Assembly (NCBI GenBank): GCA_963663035.1
Contig: OY760074.1
Location: forward strand, 1,920,001-1,984,000
Source: Acidobacteriota bacterium
GTDB lineage: Bacteria > Acidobacteriota > UBA6911 > RPQK01 > JADFOI01
Direction of reading: 5' to 3'
Length of the DNA: 64,000 bases
Made by a program: the position numbers and the translations under genes. The number at the start of each line of letters is the position of its first letter. The first letter of the stretch is position 1. The notes under the pieces were generated by a model that was not told the DNA's origin, did not search any database, and saw only the letters and a list, made by a program, of their open reading frames with translations. Of the stretch, positions 41,639 through 51,717 are shown piece by piece.

Positions 41639-43099
41639 ATGGAGATCTCTGAAGCCCTCACATTTGACGATATCCTGCTGATGCCAGCCAAGAGTAATGT
41701 CTTGCCGGGGGAAGTAGACCTCCAAACCCGCTTCTCTCGCAATATCCCTCTCAATATCCCTCTTGCTTCCGCGGCCATGGACACCGTGACGGAAGCCAGG
41801 TTGGCCATCGCTTTGGCCGGGCAGGGAGGGATCGGGATCGTCCACCGCAATCTGTCCATCGAAGCCCAGGTTGCCGAAGTGGAGAAAGTGAAGCGCTCTG
41901 AATCTGGAATGATCGTGGATCCTGTGACCATGCAACCCAAGGACCGGATCCGGGACGTTTTGGAGGTCATGGATCACCACAAAATCTCCGGTGTTCCCAT
42001 CACCGACACCAAAGGAAAGCTGTTTGGGATTCTCACCAACCGCGATTTGCGCTTCGAGACAGATCTGGATCTTCCGGTTTCGCAACTGATGACAAAAGAC
42101 AATCTGGTCACTGTGCGCCAAGGGATATCCATGGAAAAGGCCAAGAAGAAGCTTCACGAACACCGCATCGAAAAGCTGCTGGTGGTGGACAAGGAAAACC
42201 GACTAAAGGGCCTCATTACCGTCAAAGACATCATGAAGGTGATCACCTACCCCAATGCAGCCAAGGATTCCTATGGCCGCCTGCGGGTGGGAGCGGCCGT
42301 GGGTGCTACCGGAGATTTTTTGGAGCGGGCCATTGAACTGGAGAACGCCAAGGTTGATGTCATCGTGATGGACACGGCTCATGGGCATTCCATGCGCGTC
42401 CTGAAGGCGATCCGACAACTGAAAAAGAAGTTAAAGCGGGTTGATCTTGTGGTCGGTAATATCGCAACCGGGGAGGCGGTCCGCGAACTGGGTGATCTGG
42501 GCGTGGACGGCGTCAAAGTCGGCATGGGACCGGGCAGTATTTGCACCACTCGCGTGGTCACGGGGGCTGGAGTCCCTCAAGTTACGGCTATTATAAATGC
42601 GGCTCGAGTCGCCCGCAAGATGAAGCTTCCCCTCATTGCCGACGGCGGAATCAAGTACTCGGGAGACATCAGCAAGGCCCTGGCCTCGGGTGCCGACTGC
42701 GTGATGGCGGGGAACCTGTTTGCAGGCACCGACGAGTCTCCGGGCGAACTGGTCTTCTATCAGAACCGCAGCTACAAGACTTACCGAGGGATGGGCTCTC
42801 TGGGAGCCATGGGCGAGGGAAGCGCCGATCGATACGGCCAGGAGGATGTGGAGGTGCAGCGCAAATTGGTCCCGGAAGGCATTGAAGGGAGAGTTCCGTA
42901 CAAGGGCAGCACGGAGGATCTGATTCCGGTCCTAATGGGCGGGGTCCGAGCCGGAATGGGGTACTGTGGGGTTAAAAACATTCACGAGTTACGGACCAAA
43001 GTTCGCCTCATTCGCGTTAGCCACCTGGGACTGCGCGAGTCCCACGTTCACGACGTCATCGTGACCAAGGAAGCACCGAATTACCGCCTGGGGGACTAG
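41639..43099 (+). CDS. guaB: IMP dehydrogenase
   Basis: [16 protein letters not shown] pair, [20 protein letters not shown]. Confidence 0.97.
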   Translation: MEISEALTFDDILLMPAKSNVLPGEVDLQTRFSRNIPLNIPLASAAMDTVTEARLAIALAGQGGIGIVHRNLSIEAQVAEVEKVKRSESGMIVDPVTMQPKDRIRDVLEVMDHHKISGVPITDTKGKLFGILTNRDLRFETDLDLPVSQLMTKDNLVTVRQGISMEKAKKKLHEHRIEKLLVVDKENRLKGLITVKDIMKVITYPNAAKDSYGRLRVGAAVGATGDFLERAIELENAKVDVIVMDTAHGHSMRVLKAIRQLKKKLKRVDLVVGNIATGEAVRELGDLGVDGVKVGMGPGSICTTRVVTGAGVPQVTAIINAARVARKMKLPLIADGGIKYSGDISKALASGADCVMAGNLFAGTDESPGELVFYQNRSYKTYRGMGSLGAMGEGSADRYGQEDVEVQRKLVPEGIEGRVPYKGSTEDLIPVLMGGVRAGMGYCGVKNIHELRTKVRLIRVSHLGLRESHVHDVIVTKEAPNYRLGD

Positions 43100-43142
43100 C
43101 CCACATTTCTCACACCAGGTGTTCGTCGCGAAGCGGCGGAAG

Positions 43143-43222
43143 GGCCGGCCTGAGGCCGCTCCCACAGTCCACCGACCGCTAGGACCAGGCCCAGAAGGTG
43201 GGTGCCGCCTCAGTGCGGCGAA
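43143..43222. repeat. Two diverged REP-like palindromes between convergent genes
   Basis: Minus-strand GTGGGAGCGGCCTCAGGCCG (from 43165) and plus-strand GTGGGTGCCGCCTCAGTGCGGCGAA (43198-43222), similar to 20012-20035. Confidence 0.65.
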
Positions 43223-43240
43223 TGGGCGCGAAGCGCCGCC

Positions 43241-44299
43241 TTATCTGGAAGTTGAAACCTGGAGCCTGGAATCCGAAACCCTTGAATCCGCTATCGTTCT
43301 TCCCACTGCTCCGGTAATCACTCGCAGTTCTTCCATCAGCATGTCAAAGTGCTCCAGGTCCAGGGTTTGAGCCCCATCACAGATGGCGTTTTCGGGGTCG
43401 TGGTGGACTTCCAGCAACAGACCATCAGCACCCGCCGCCGCCGCCGCTCGTGCCAGGGGCGGAACCTTGTCCCGAAATCCTATGGCATGGCTGGGGTCTA
43501 CGACAATGGGCAGATGGCTCAATTCATGTATGACCGGGATTGCCGAGATGTCCAGAGTGTTTCTGGTGTGCGTCTCAAAGGTGCGAATCCCTCTCTCACA
43601 AAGGATCACCCGCTGATTCCCTTCGGCCATAATGTATTCAGCCGCCAGGAGCAAATCGGAAATCGTAGCGCTCATCCCGCGCTTGAGGAGGGCCGGTATA
43701 CCACTCTGGCCAATGTCGCGCAGCAGACCGTAATTCTGCATGTTGCGAGCTCCGATCTGAATGATGTCGATGTAATCTCGAGCCAAAGGAAGTTGAGACG
43801 ATTCCATAACTTCCGAAATCACCAGCAGCCCATGTTTGTCGGCGGCCTTGCGAAGGTCCTTCAACCCCTTTTCGCCATGGCCCTGAAAGGAGTAAGGAGA
43901 TGTGCGAGGCTTGAAGGCCCCACCCCGGATCACCTTGGCTCCTGCGGCCTTGATTCTGCCAGCAATGATATCGGACTGCTCGAAATCCTCGATCGTGCAG
44001 GGGCCCGCCATCACCACAACCTCGTTGCCGCCGATTTTCACATCTCCCACCTCGATGATCGACCCCTCCGGGCAAAAAGCTCGTGAAGCCAGCTTATAGG
44101 GCTGGGTGATGGGGTGCACCTCTGCCACGCCATCCACCAGCTCAAAATCACGGATATCAACTACCTGAGAACCTACTGCACCCAGAATAGTATGCTCCAC
44201 ACCCGTGGAACGGTGCACGTCAAATCCCTGGGATACCAGTTTCTCGATCACACCTTCGATCTGGCCTTCCGTGGCACGTTGTTTCATCACAATAACCAT
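43241..44299 (-). CDS. aroF: DAHP synthase type I-beta with N-terminal regulatory domain
   Basis: MVIVMK.. regulatory N-terminus, AGPC, GGAFKPRTSPY, QIGARNMQN, CERGIR, DPSH. Confidence 0.95.
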   Translation of the reverse strand: MVIVMKQRATEGQIEGVIEKLVSQGFDVHRSTGVEHTILGAVGSQVVDIRDFELVDGVAEVHPITQPYKLASRAFCPEGSIIEVGDVKIGGNEVVVMAGPCTIEDFEQSDIIAGRIKAAGAKVIRGGAFKPRTSPYSFQGHGEKGLKDLRKAADKHGLLVISEVMESSQLPLARDYIDIIQIGARNMQNYGLLRDIGQSGIPALLKRGMSATISDLLLAAEYIMAEGNQRVILCERGIRTFETHTRNTLDISAIPVIHELSHLPIVVDPSHAIGFRDKVPPLARAAAAAGADGLLLEVHHDPENAICDGAQTLDLEHFDMLMEELRVITGAVGRTIADSRVSDSRLQVSTSR

Positions 44300-44305
44300 G
44301 GTTTG

Positions 44306-44635
44306 TTACTCCTTTTCTAGCTTCCTTGCACCTTTGTGCTCTTGTGTCTCGTGCGCATTCTTGAGAGCTCCTGACTCCCGCTCCGCCCGTCTGGACTCAT
44401 CGATAATTCTCTCAAATAGACGCTTGACAGCCTCCTTTGTGAGCGGTCCATGGGCCTCCTTCCGGACATTGCCAATGACGTCTTCTTCGCGTCTCGGGTC
44501 ATAAATCTCTATTTTCAGCTTGTCTTTCAGCTTTCCGATCTCAATGGCGCATTCACCGCGTTGATTGAGGAGCTTCACCAGCTTCAAATCGATTTCATCA
44601 ATCTTCCTGCGCCACTTCTCAATATCGTCCATCAC
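44306..44635 (-). CDS. Chorismate mutase (AroQ type)
   Basis: WR..IDEID..LV.LLNQR, IG.LK, YDPRREE. Confidence 0.92.
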   Translation of the reverse strand: MMDDIEKWRRKIDEIDLKLVKLLNQRGECAIEIGKLKDKLKIEIYDPRREEDVIGNVRKEAHGPLTKEAVKRLFERIIDESRRAERESGALKNAHETQEHKGARKLEKE

Positions 44636-44662
44636 TGAAATCCGTGTGATCCATACGTTCCC

Positions 44663-44701
44663 AAAAAAAAGGGCCGTGAGTAGCGTCCCTACCCACGGCC
44701 C
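44663..44701 (-). terminator. Intrinsic terminator of the internal attenuator
   Basis: Minus strand GGGCCGTGGGTAG-GGACG-CTACTCACGGCCC followed by T8. Confidence 0.9.
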
Positions 44702-44727
44702 TAGTCAGTCTCCCTTGTGACTTTTAC

Positions 44728-44796
44728 TTATACCGGTGGGCAGAAATTCTCCATGTGCCACCAATAAAAAAAATAAAAGTTACAAGCTAAAGTCAT
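44728..44796 (-). CDS. Attenuator leader peptide MTLACNFYFFYWWHMENFCPPV
   Basis: Seven consecutive aromatic codons; AAAGG RBS; terminator 26 nt downstream; precedes chorismate mutase and DAHP synthase. Confidence 0.88.
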   Translation of the reverse strand: MTLACNFYFFYWWHMENFCPPV

Positions 44797-44817
44797 ACGC
44801 GCCTTTAAGTTAGCCGA

Positions 44818-45591
44818 TTATGAGCCTGAAAGCAAGCTTTTTCTGACATATTCTCCCACTTTTTTCACCAGCTCCGCATCCGCTCGGTGCTCTTCAATAA
44901 AGCCCACAATGGCCGAACCCACCACTGCTGCATCTGCGTACTGCCAGACCTTCCTGACATCTTCCTTCGAGGTAATACCAAAGCCCACTGCTATGGGGAG
45001 CCGTGTGTAGCGGCGTAGAAGCTCCACTGTCTTGGGAACCGCAGCTTCTACATCGGTTTGCTTCCCAGTGACGCCCGTACGTGCCACCAGGTAGAGAAAA
45101 CCCTGGCTGACGTCACAAATCTTCTGGAGCCGCTCATCCGAGGAGGTCGGAGCCGCCAGAAAGATCGTATCCAGTTCCTTCAGAGGCTCCATACGAGAGT
45201 ATTCCTCGGGCGTGAGGTCGGTGATCAGCACTCCATCCAGACCAGCCCGGAAACCTTCACGATCCAGGTTCTCCAGTCCATAACTCAAAACCGGATTCAT
45301 GTAGCTCATGAACACCAGTCCGACCTCGGTTCTGGTTCGAATCTCAGCAACCAGATCGATGTAATCAGAAAAAGAGTATCCGTGCTGGAGCGCCTGAAAG
45401 GACGCCTTTTGGATAATGGGGCCGTCGGCAATGGGATCAGAGAAAGGAATGCCGATCTCAACGACATGGGCTCCACTTTCCGCTAGATGCAAGACAATCT
45501 CCCGGGTCGTGTCCAGATCAGGATGACCCGCCGTCACATAGGGAATGAAACACTTCCTATTTTTGGCGAAGATCTTTGATAATCTCGACAT
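44818..45591 (-). CDS. trpA: Tryptophan synthase alpha
   Basis: [32 protein letters not shown]. Confidence 0.96.
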   Translation of the reverse strand: MSRLSKIFAKNRKCFIPYVTAGHPDLDTTREIVLHLAESGAHVVEIGIPFSDPIADGPIIQKASFQALQHGYSFSDYIDLVAEIRTRTEVGLVFMSYMNPVLSYGLENLDREGFRAGLDGVLITDLTPEEYSRMEPLKELDTIFLAAPTSSDERLQKICDVSQGFLYLVARTGVTGKQTDVEAAVPKTVELLRRYTRLPIAVGFGITSKEDVRKVWQYADAAVVGSAIVGFIEEHRADAELVKKVGEYVRKSLLSGS

Positions 45592-46780
45592 CTTTGTCTC
45601 CACGACCGGAAAGGTTGATGATAATCCTCAGATCACGCGGATCTGACTTCGTGAGCTGCGCCAACTCTTCTCTTTTCAGACAGTAGGCCACCGCATGTGC
45701 GGATTCCAGTGCCGGAATGATACCCTCCAGCTCACTGAGAACCCGAAAAGCCTCCAGCGCCTCCTGGTCGTCAACCGAAGTGTACTCAACGCGCCCGATG
45801 TCACGTAGATAGGCATGTTCAGGCCCGATGGAAGGGTAGTCCAGTCCCGCCGAGATGCTGTGAGTGGTCGAAACCTGACCAAGCTCGTCCTGCAGAAGGT
45901 AACTGAGGGTCCCGTGCAAGACCCCCGGCCTGCCACCTTGAAAACGAGCTGCATGCTGGCCCAGCTCTGGCCCTTTTCCACCCGCTTCCACCCCGATCAT
46001 CCTCACCGAGTCATCCTTGAGGAACTCGTAAAAGAGACCGATGGAATTGCTGCCCCCGCCCACGCAGGCGACGAGGAGATCAGGAAGCACGCCCTCCATC
46101 TCCAGAATCTGTTGGCGAGCTTCTCGGCCAATCACGGATTGAAAATCCCGCACTATCGTGGGATAGGGATGACCGCCCAAAACTGAACCCATCAGGTAAT
46201 GAGTATTTTCGACATTGGTCACCCAGTCTCTCATGGCCTCGTTAATGGCGTCCTTGAGAGTACAGGCTCCGGCATCCACCGGAGTCACCTGCGCTCCCAG
46301 GAGCTCCATACGAAAGACATTGAGCGCTTGCCTTCGCATGTCCTCGATGCCCATGTAAACCTCACACTCCAGATCCAGCAGCGCACAGACACTGGCCGTG
46401 GCCACACCATGCTGGCCGGCACCGGTCTCCGCGATAATTCGGCTCTTTCCCATCCGCCGCGCCAGAAGGGCCTGACCCAGAGCGTTGTTGATCTTGTGTG
46501 CACCCGTATGACAGAGGTCTTCTCGCTTCAAATAAACCCTATGGCCCACCCGCTCGGAAAAACGCCGGGCCGGGGTAAGCGGTGTGGGACGCCCTGCAAA
46601 AAGATGCAGAAGTTCCTCAAGCTCTCTCTGGAACTCCTCATCCGCTCCCGCCTCCAGGTAGGCCTGTTCCAACTCTTCCAAAGGAGACATGAGCGTCTCT
46701 GGGACGAAGACTCCCCCGTAACTGCCAAAGTGGCCTCCTGACTTGAACTCTTCCCTTTCAGGCTTCGATTTCTTACCCAT
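45557..46780 (-). CDS. trpB: Tryptophan synthase beta
   Basis: [38 protein letters not shown]. Confidence 0.97.
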   Translation of the reverse strand: MGKKSKPEREEFKSGGHFGSYGGVFVPETLMSPLEELEQAYLEAGADEEFQRELEELLHLFAGRPTPLTPARRFSERVGHRVYLKREDLCHTGAHKINNALGQALLARRMGKSRIIAETGAGQHGVATASVCALLDLECEVYMGIEDMRRQALNVFRMELLGAQVTPVDAGACTLKDAINEAMRDWVTNVENTHYLMGSVLGGHPYPTIVRDFQSVIGREARQQILEMEGVLPDLLVACVGGGSNSIGLFYEFLKDDSVRMIGVEAGGKGPELGQHAARFQGGRPGVLHGTLSYLLQDELGQVSTTHSISAGLDYPSIGPEHAYLRDIGRVEYTSVDDQEALEAFRVLSELEGIIPALESAHAVAYCLKREELAQLTKSDPRDLRIIINLSGRGDKDVEIIKDLRQK

Positions 46781-47420
46781 TGCTTACACTCGCTCCCCTC
46801 ACATTCTCCATAAAACGCCTTAGTTTTCTTACGTCTTTCGTCCCCGGCGCCCCTTCGACTCCTGAACACACGTCCACGCCGGCTGGTTGAAGAAGATCAA
46901 TGGCTTCGGCCACATTCCCCGGCCTCAGGCCCCCCGACAGGATAAAAGGACGATCAATATTACGCAGCTCTTCCCAGTCAGCTGTCTTTCCCCGACCCCA
47001 GGAGGTATCGATGAGAATTTCGTGGTTGGGAAAGCGATGTGCTTCTGAAGGAGAGGTCGCAATATAAAGGGGTTGGTGGGCGGGAGGAAGTTCTGATTCA
47101 GAGTGCAGACCGTGCAGCTGAAAGGAGCCGATCGAAGGCACACGGCTGCTCGCTTTGGCTGTAGCGCTGAGAACGTCCTCACCGCTGACGACCATCACAG
47201 CCACCGTCAGGACATTCTCTGGAATTGCTTGAATGATCTCTTCAACCTCTTCCGGATCAATATAACGCGGGCTTTGGAGGTAAAAATTGAATCCCAGCGC
47301 GTTGGCTCCCAACTCGATAGAACTCAGAGCATCTTTGAGATTCGTGATTCCGCAAACCTTCACCATGAAACAGGGCGAATTCTTGACTCCGAATTGACCC
47401 GACTGCTCCTCAGCTGACAT
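46773..47420 (-). CDS. trpF: Phosphoribosylanthranilate isomerase
   Basis: VKVCGIT, SPRY, QLHG, LSGGL, DVCSGVE. Confidence 0.93.
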   Translation of the reverse strand: MSAEEQSGQFGVKNSPCFMVKVCGITNLKDALSSIELGANALGFNFYLQSPRYIDPEEVEEIIQAIPENVLTVAVMVVSGEDVLSATAKASSRVPSIGSFQLHGLHSESELPPAHQPLYIATSPSEAHRFPNHEILIDTSWGRGKTADWEELRNIDRPFILSGGLRPGNVAEAIDLLQPAGVDVCSGVEGAPGTKDVRKLRRFMENVRGASVSNG

Positions 47421-47423
47421 GGA

Positions 47424-48209
47424 TTATTCCTCGCCTCTCAGTTGCCGCAGGGTCGCTCCTGGGTCGGAAGAGTCCATGAGAACCGAGCCGATCAGAAAAG
47501 CACTGAAGCCGGCATCCTGCAGCTCAACGATCTGTGAGTGTTCCTGGATTCCCGACTCTGAAATCAGGATGTAGCCTTCCTCTCCCTCCATCCGCCTGGC
47601 CATCTCAAAGGAGGTGCCAAGATCGACTTGAAATGTACGCAGGTCGCGATTGTTGATCCCAATGATGCGAGCACCACTGTTGATAGCCTTCTCCAATTCA
47701 AAGGGATCATGAATCTCAACTAAAGCATCGAGGTGAAACTCCTCTCCCAAGCGGATCAGACTCTCAAGTTGCCCCTCGGACAGACAGGAAGCAATCAGTA
47801 GAAAGGCCGAGGCGCCGGCATTCCTGGATTCAACCACTTGATACCGATCCACTATGAAATCCTTTCGCAACAGGGGTGTCTCGGGCATTTCCTGGGCAAT
47901 TTCCTTCAAGAAAGCCAAGTCTCCGGCGAAGTAGTTCTTCTCAGTCAGCACTGACAGGGCCACGGCTCCATTCTCGCGGTAGACTCTGGCCAGATCCCCA
48001 GCGGGCAGCTGGCAGGCAAAGGCGCCGCGGCTGGGACTCTTATATTTGATTTCCGCGATGATGTTGACACCAGCTTCTGTCAGTGCGGACTGAAAGGAGA
48101 CAGATAACTGCTCAGGAATCTGGCCCAGCAGATCCTCCAGGGGAAGCTCTTTTCTGGTCTCGATGAGTTCCCGCTTCTTGGATGCGACGATTTCCTCAAG
48201 TACAGTCAC
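47424..48209 (-). CDS. trpC: Indole-3-glycerol phosphate synthase
   Basis: IAEIK.KSPSRG, SVLTE, LRKDF, GINNRDL, SESGI; GTG start after GGAGA. Confidence 0.95.
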   Translation of the reverse strand: MTVLEEIVASKKRELIETRKELPLEDLLGQIPEQLSVSFQSALTEAGVNIIAEIKYKSPSRGAFACQLPAGDLARVYRENGAVALSVLTEKNYFAGDLAFLKEIAQEMPETPLLRKDFIVDRYQVVESRNAGASAFLLIASCLSEGQLESLIRLGEEFHLDALVEIHDPFELEKAINSGARIIGINNRDLRTFQVDLGTSFEMARRMEGEEGYILISESGIQEHSQIVELQDAGFSAFLIGSVLMDSSDPGATLRQLRGEE

Positions 48210-48219
48210 GTGTTCTCCA

Positions 48220-48254
48220 CTGACAACTAACAACTGACAACTGACAGTTGACAG
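48220..48254. repeat. Heptamer tandem repeat (CTGACAA)n in the trpD-trpC spacer
   Basis: ctgacaa ctaacaa ctgacaa ctgacag ttgacag. Confidence 0.85.
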
Positions 48255-49265
48255 TTAAGTTGTTGAATAGACCTTGATCAGTTGCGATAACTTCTCCAAT
48301 GCGGCACCCGAATCCAGAGACTCCCTGGCCTGCTCGATAGCCTCGTTGAAATCCCCTGCTCCCGCCACATGCAGAGCTGCCGCAGCATTGAGGACCACGA
48401 CGTCGCGGGCCGGACCCTGAATCTCACCTTCCAGGATTCCGCGAATCATGCGGGCATTCTCTTCCGCTGAGCCACCCGAGAGTTGCTCAATGGGACTGAC
48501 CTCAAAGCCAAGATCCTTTGGATCCAGATCGAAACTTTCCACTTTCCCGTCTCTGGCATCGGATATGCGCGCCGGGGCTCCCGTGGAGAGCTCATCCAGA
48601 CCATCGTGACTGTGGACCACCCAGGCTCTTTGGCAGCCCAAACCCAACAGGGCACGAGCCAACTTCTCGGTCAGGTCAGGAGAATAGACACCCACAATTT
48701 GATAGGGAGCCGAAGCCGGATTGGTCAAGGGACCCAACAGATTGAAAATGGTTCGCCGGCCGAGTTCACGCCGAATTTTGGCCACCCTCTTCATGGCGGG
48801 ATGAAAATGTGGAGCAAACATGAAAGCCAGACCAATTTCATTCAAAGAGGGCTCCGCGGCTTCCAAAGACCTTTCAATCCGAACTCCCAAGGCGTCCAGG
48901 ACATCAGCACTGCCGCAGCGGGAGGTGAGGGCCCGATTGCCGTGTTTGGCCACCGGAAGGCCCCCACCGGCGATCACAAAGACCGCAGCAGTCGAGATGT
49001 TAAAAGTATCCGCTCCCCCTCCCGTCCCTGCCGTATCGATCAACCTGGCATGCCTGGCACGCACAGGAATGGCCTGCCGGCGCATCACGCGGGCAAAACC
49101 GACGATCTCTGCAGGGCCCTCTCCTTTGATGGCCAGTGCTGTCAACAGAGCGCCGATGTCCTCATCGGGCGTCTCCTTCGCAAGAATCAGCTCCAGTGAC
49201 TGTTCCGCTTGAGCTTCAGTCAGGTCCTCGCCCTCACTGACGACTCTTGTGAATTCCTTCAGCAT
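48255..49265 (-). CDS. trpD: Anthranilate phosphoribosyltransferase
   Basis: DTAGTGG, FNIST, KHGNR, GSADVL, FNLLGPLTNP, GLDE. Confidence 0.96.
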   Translation of the reverse strand: MLKEFTRVVSEGEDLTEAQAEQSLELILAKETPDEDIGALLTALAIKGEGPAEIVGFARVMRRQAIPVRARHARLIDTAGTGGGADTFNISTAAVFVIAGGGLPVAKHGNRALTSRCGSADVLDALGVRIERSLEAAEPSLNEIGLAFMFAPHFHPAMKRVAKIRRELGRRTIFNLLGPLTNPASAPYQIVGVYSPDLTEKLARALLGLGCQRAWVVHSHDGLDELSTGAPARISDARDGKVESFDLDPKDLGFEVSPIEQLSGGSAEENARMIRGILEGEIQGPARDVVVLNAAAALHVAGAGDFNEAIEQARESLDSGAALEKLSQLIKVYSTT

Positions 49266-49266
49266 G

Positions 49267-49833
49267 TCATTGTTGTAAAAAATTTTCTAAAATCTTCTGT
49301 CCTTCCAGGGTCATGACGGATTCGGGGTGAAATTGGACTCCAAAGACATCATACTCTCGATGACGCAAACCCATGATCAACTCATCCTCGGTCCAGGCGT
49401 TCACAAGCAGACATTCAGGCCAATCTTCTCGCCCTAACATAAGAGAATGGTATCGGGTGGCCTCGAAGGGATTGGGAATATTCGACAGCACCGAATCACT
49501 GTCATGATAGATGAAAGAAGTCTTGCCATGCATCAGCTGTGGGGCCCGGACCACCTTGGCTCCGAAAGCTTCCCCGATGGTTTGGTGACCCAGGCAGACT
49601 CCTAATATGGGGATTCGGGCGGCGAACTCTCGAACCAAAGAGACACAGATTCCCGCATTGCAGGGCAGTCCTGGTCCAGGGGATATCACGATACGGTCTG
49701 GATTCACCTTGCTGATGTCGGCAAGAGTCACTGCGTCGTTCCGGTAAACCTGGATATCACAGCCCAGCATGCCCAGATACTGCACCAGGTTATAGGTAAA
49801 ACTATCGTAGTTATCGATGACTAGAATTTTCAT
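49267..49833 (-). CDS. trpG: Anthranilate synthase component II
   Basis: IDNYDSFTYNL, SPGPG, GVCLGHQ, RYHSL, QFHPES. Confidence 0.95.
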   Translation of the reverse strand: MKILVIDNYDSFTYNLVQYLGMLGCDIQVYRNDAVTLADISKVNPDRIVISPGPGLPCNAGICVSLVREFAARIPILGVCLGHQTIGEAFGAKVVRAPQLMHGKTSFIYHDSDSVLSNIPNPFEATRYHSLMLGREDWPECLLVNAWTEDELIMGLRHREYDVFGVQFHPESVMTLEGQKILENFLQQ

Positions 49834-49852
49834 TCCAAGTTAAGAGCCTTTT

Positions 49853-49884
49853 CTCCTGACTCCTGACTCCTGTCTCCTGACTCC
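49853..49884. repeat. Heptamer tandem repeat (CTCCTGA)n in the trpE-trpG spacer
   Basis: ctcctga ctcctga ctcctgt ctcctga ctcc. Confidence 0.85.
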
Positions 49885-49889
49885 TTTTC

Positions 49890-51266
49890 TCATGCCAGCT
49901 GCTCCCCCAATTCCACGGCTCGAATGAGCGCCTCGGCTTTGTGGAAACACTCCTTGTTTTCCAATTTGGGGACTGAATCGGCAACGATCCCGGCGCCGGC
50001 CTGTATATAAGCCTTTCCCTCCTTTAGAACAACCGTGCGAATGGTAATACAGGTGTCAAGATTCCCTGAGTAATCCAGATACCCGATAGCACCTGCATAA
50101 ATGCCTCTCCGGATGGGCTCAAGCTCCTGGATGATCTCCATGGCTCTCACCTTGGGAGCTCCGCTGACCGTCCCGGCCGGAAAGCACGCCGCCAACGCAT
50201 CGAAGCGATTCAACTCGGGGCGCAAGGAACCTCGCAAGGCACTCACCAGGTGCATCACATGAGAGTACTTTTCCAGGAACATGAGACCCTCTACCTGCAC
50301 GGATCCGTATTCACTGACGCGCCCCAGATCGTTGCGACCGAGATCAACAAGCATGAGATGCTCGGCCCGCTCCTTTTCATCAGAGAGCAACTCCTCTTCA
50401 AGCTCTTTCTCTTCCGTTGCATTGCGTCCGCGCCGGCGGGTACCCGCGATAGGCCGATATTGAAGGTCCCGCCCCTGAACGCGGATCAGCATCTCCGGCG
50501 AAGAGCCGGCAATGCTCTGATTCCCCAACTTGAGAAAGAACATATAGGGGGACGGATTGAGGACACGCAGAGCTCGATAGACGTTGAAGGGATCCCCTTC
50601 AAAATCGGTTTCAAACCGCTGGGAAAGAACCGCCTGAAAGATGTCTCCTGCACGGATGTATTCCTTCACCTTTTCTACGGCGGCATAAAAACCTTCCTGG
50701 GAGAAGCTGGATGTGACTTTCTTGTGTGAAGTTTGGGGATAGTCACCGAGTTCGCGAGACACTAACTGGGTGTCTGTCCCCAATTTCACCTGCCCCCCAA
50801 ACAGCCTTTCTTCCAGCTCTTCCACCTTCCTTTCCCCCTGGTGGGACAGGATGATGATTTGGTGTTTCAGGTGGTCAAAGGCCAGGATTTCGGAGTAAAA
50901 ATCCATCAGCACTGGTCCGGAGCCACTCTCCAATTCAGTGCTGTCGGCCCCCTTCAGTTCCGGTAATCGTTCAAACTCCCGGACCATTTCGTAGCAAAAG
51001 GCACCCACGGCTCCTCCGGTAAAAGGCGGAAGATCCGGGTGGGAGGGGCGTTTTTCCGAAAAATTGCGGCGGAAGTCTGCGAAATTACCTTCGAAGCTTT
51101 GATCAGGATCGACTCCGATGAAGGAATAACGCCCGATCTTCTCTCCGCCTTCGACCGATTCCAGCAGAAAGGCCCGCTCGGAGTCCCTGGCAATTCTCAG
51201 AAAGGCCGAGACCGGGGTGAGCAAGTCTGCCAAAACTGACTTATGATAAATCATCCAACGTTTCAC
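49890..51266 (-). CDS. trpE: Anthranilate synthase component I
   Basis: FLLES, NPSPYM, PIAGTR, KERAEHLMLVDLGRND, PAGTVSGAPK, AGAGIV. Confidence 0.96.
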   Translation of the reverse strand: MKRWMIYHKSVLADLLTPVSAFLRIARDSERAFLLESVEGGEKIGRYSFIGVDPDQSFEGNFADFRRNFSEKRPSHPDLPPFTGGAVGAFCYEMVREFERLPELKGADSTELESGSGPVLMDFYSEILAFDHLKHQIIILSHQGERKVEELEERLFGGQVKLGTDTQLVSRELGDYPQTSHKKVTSSFSQEGFYAAVEKVKEYIRAGDIFQAVLSQRFETDFEGDPFNVYRALRVLNPSPYMFFLKLGNQSIAGSSPEMLIRVQGRDLQYRPIAGTRRRGRNATEEKELEEELLSDEKERAEHLMLVDLGRNDLGRVSEYGSVQVEGLMFLEKYSHVMHLVSALRGSLRPELNRFDALAACFPAGTVSGAPKVRAMEIIQELEPIRRGIYAGAIGYLDYSGNLDTCITIRTVVLKEGKAYIQAGAGIVADSVPKLENKECFHKAEALIRAVELGEQLA

Positions 51267-51277
51267 TCAATTCCGTG

Positions 51278-51492
51278 TAGCCGGGATTATGCATAGGTTT
51301 TCGTGACGAAGTGCCACAGGCGCCGCGATGACAAGGCGGGCGAAGGGGTACCCGCTTGCGGGTCGGGCCCCGCAGGCGTACTCATGCAGTACGCCGAGGA
51401 GCCCAAGGGGTACCCGCTCTGCGGGTCGCACAACGCAGTCAGCGTGGATGATTGCGGCACTGCAGTAGAAAATTTATGCATAATCCCGGCTA
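51278..51492. mobile_element. MITE-like element, long copy (215 bp including flanking TA)
   Basis: Perfect 18-bp inverted termini TAGCCGGGATTATGCATA / TATGCATAATCCCGGCTA; internal direct repeat AAGGGGTACCCGCT and hairpin; homolog at 4112-4263. Confidence 0.88.
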
Positions 51493-51529
51493 AAATAAAA
51501 AGGCCGTGGAGAAATTCTCCACGGCCTTT
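51493..51529 (-). terminator. Attenuator terminator upstream of trpE
   Basis: Minus strand AAAGGCCGTGGAGAATTTCTCCACGGCCTTTTTATTT. Confidence 0.9.
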
Positions 51530-51585
51530 GAGCTTTGATCTCTACTGGGCCCTATGAAGGTTACAGTTCTCCGGCGTCTGGAGTC

Positions 51586-51627
51586 TTAGTTGTACTCGAT
51601 CCGCCAGAAGCAACCGTAAACAATCAT
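51586..51627 (-). CDS. Putative trp leader peptide MIVYGCFWRIEYN
   Basis: GAGGAAGG RBS; lies between a promoter and the terminator hairpin; one Trp codon; alternative pairings visible. Confidence 0.7.
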   Translation of the reverse strand: MIVYGCFWRIEYN

Positions 51628-51646
51628 ATGGCCTTCCTCATCCGCT

Positions 51647-51676
51647 AGCATAGGAGGACCCGGACCTCTAAGTCAA
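51647..51676 (-). promoter_or_regulatory. trp operon promoter
   Basis: Minus strand TTGACT-18 nt-TATGCT. Confidence 0.65.
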
Positions 51677-51717
51677 GAACTTTTTTGCCCTCAGTGGTTC
51701 CAGCGCGCTTCGCGCAC

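Noticed and set aside
45557-45591. 35-nt trpB/trpA overlap
   Set aside because: Ordinary translational coupling; the conserved GRGDKD codons provide the SD.
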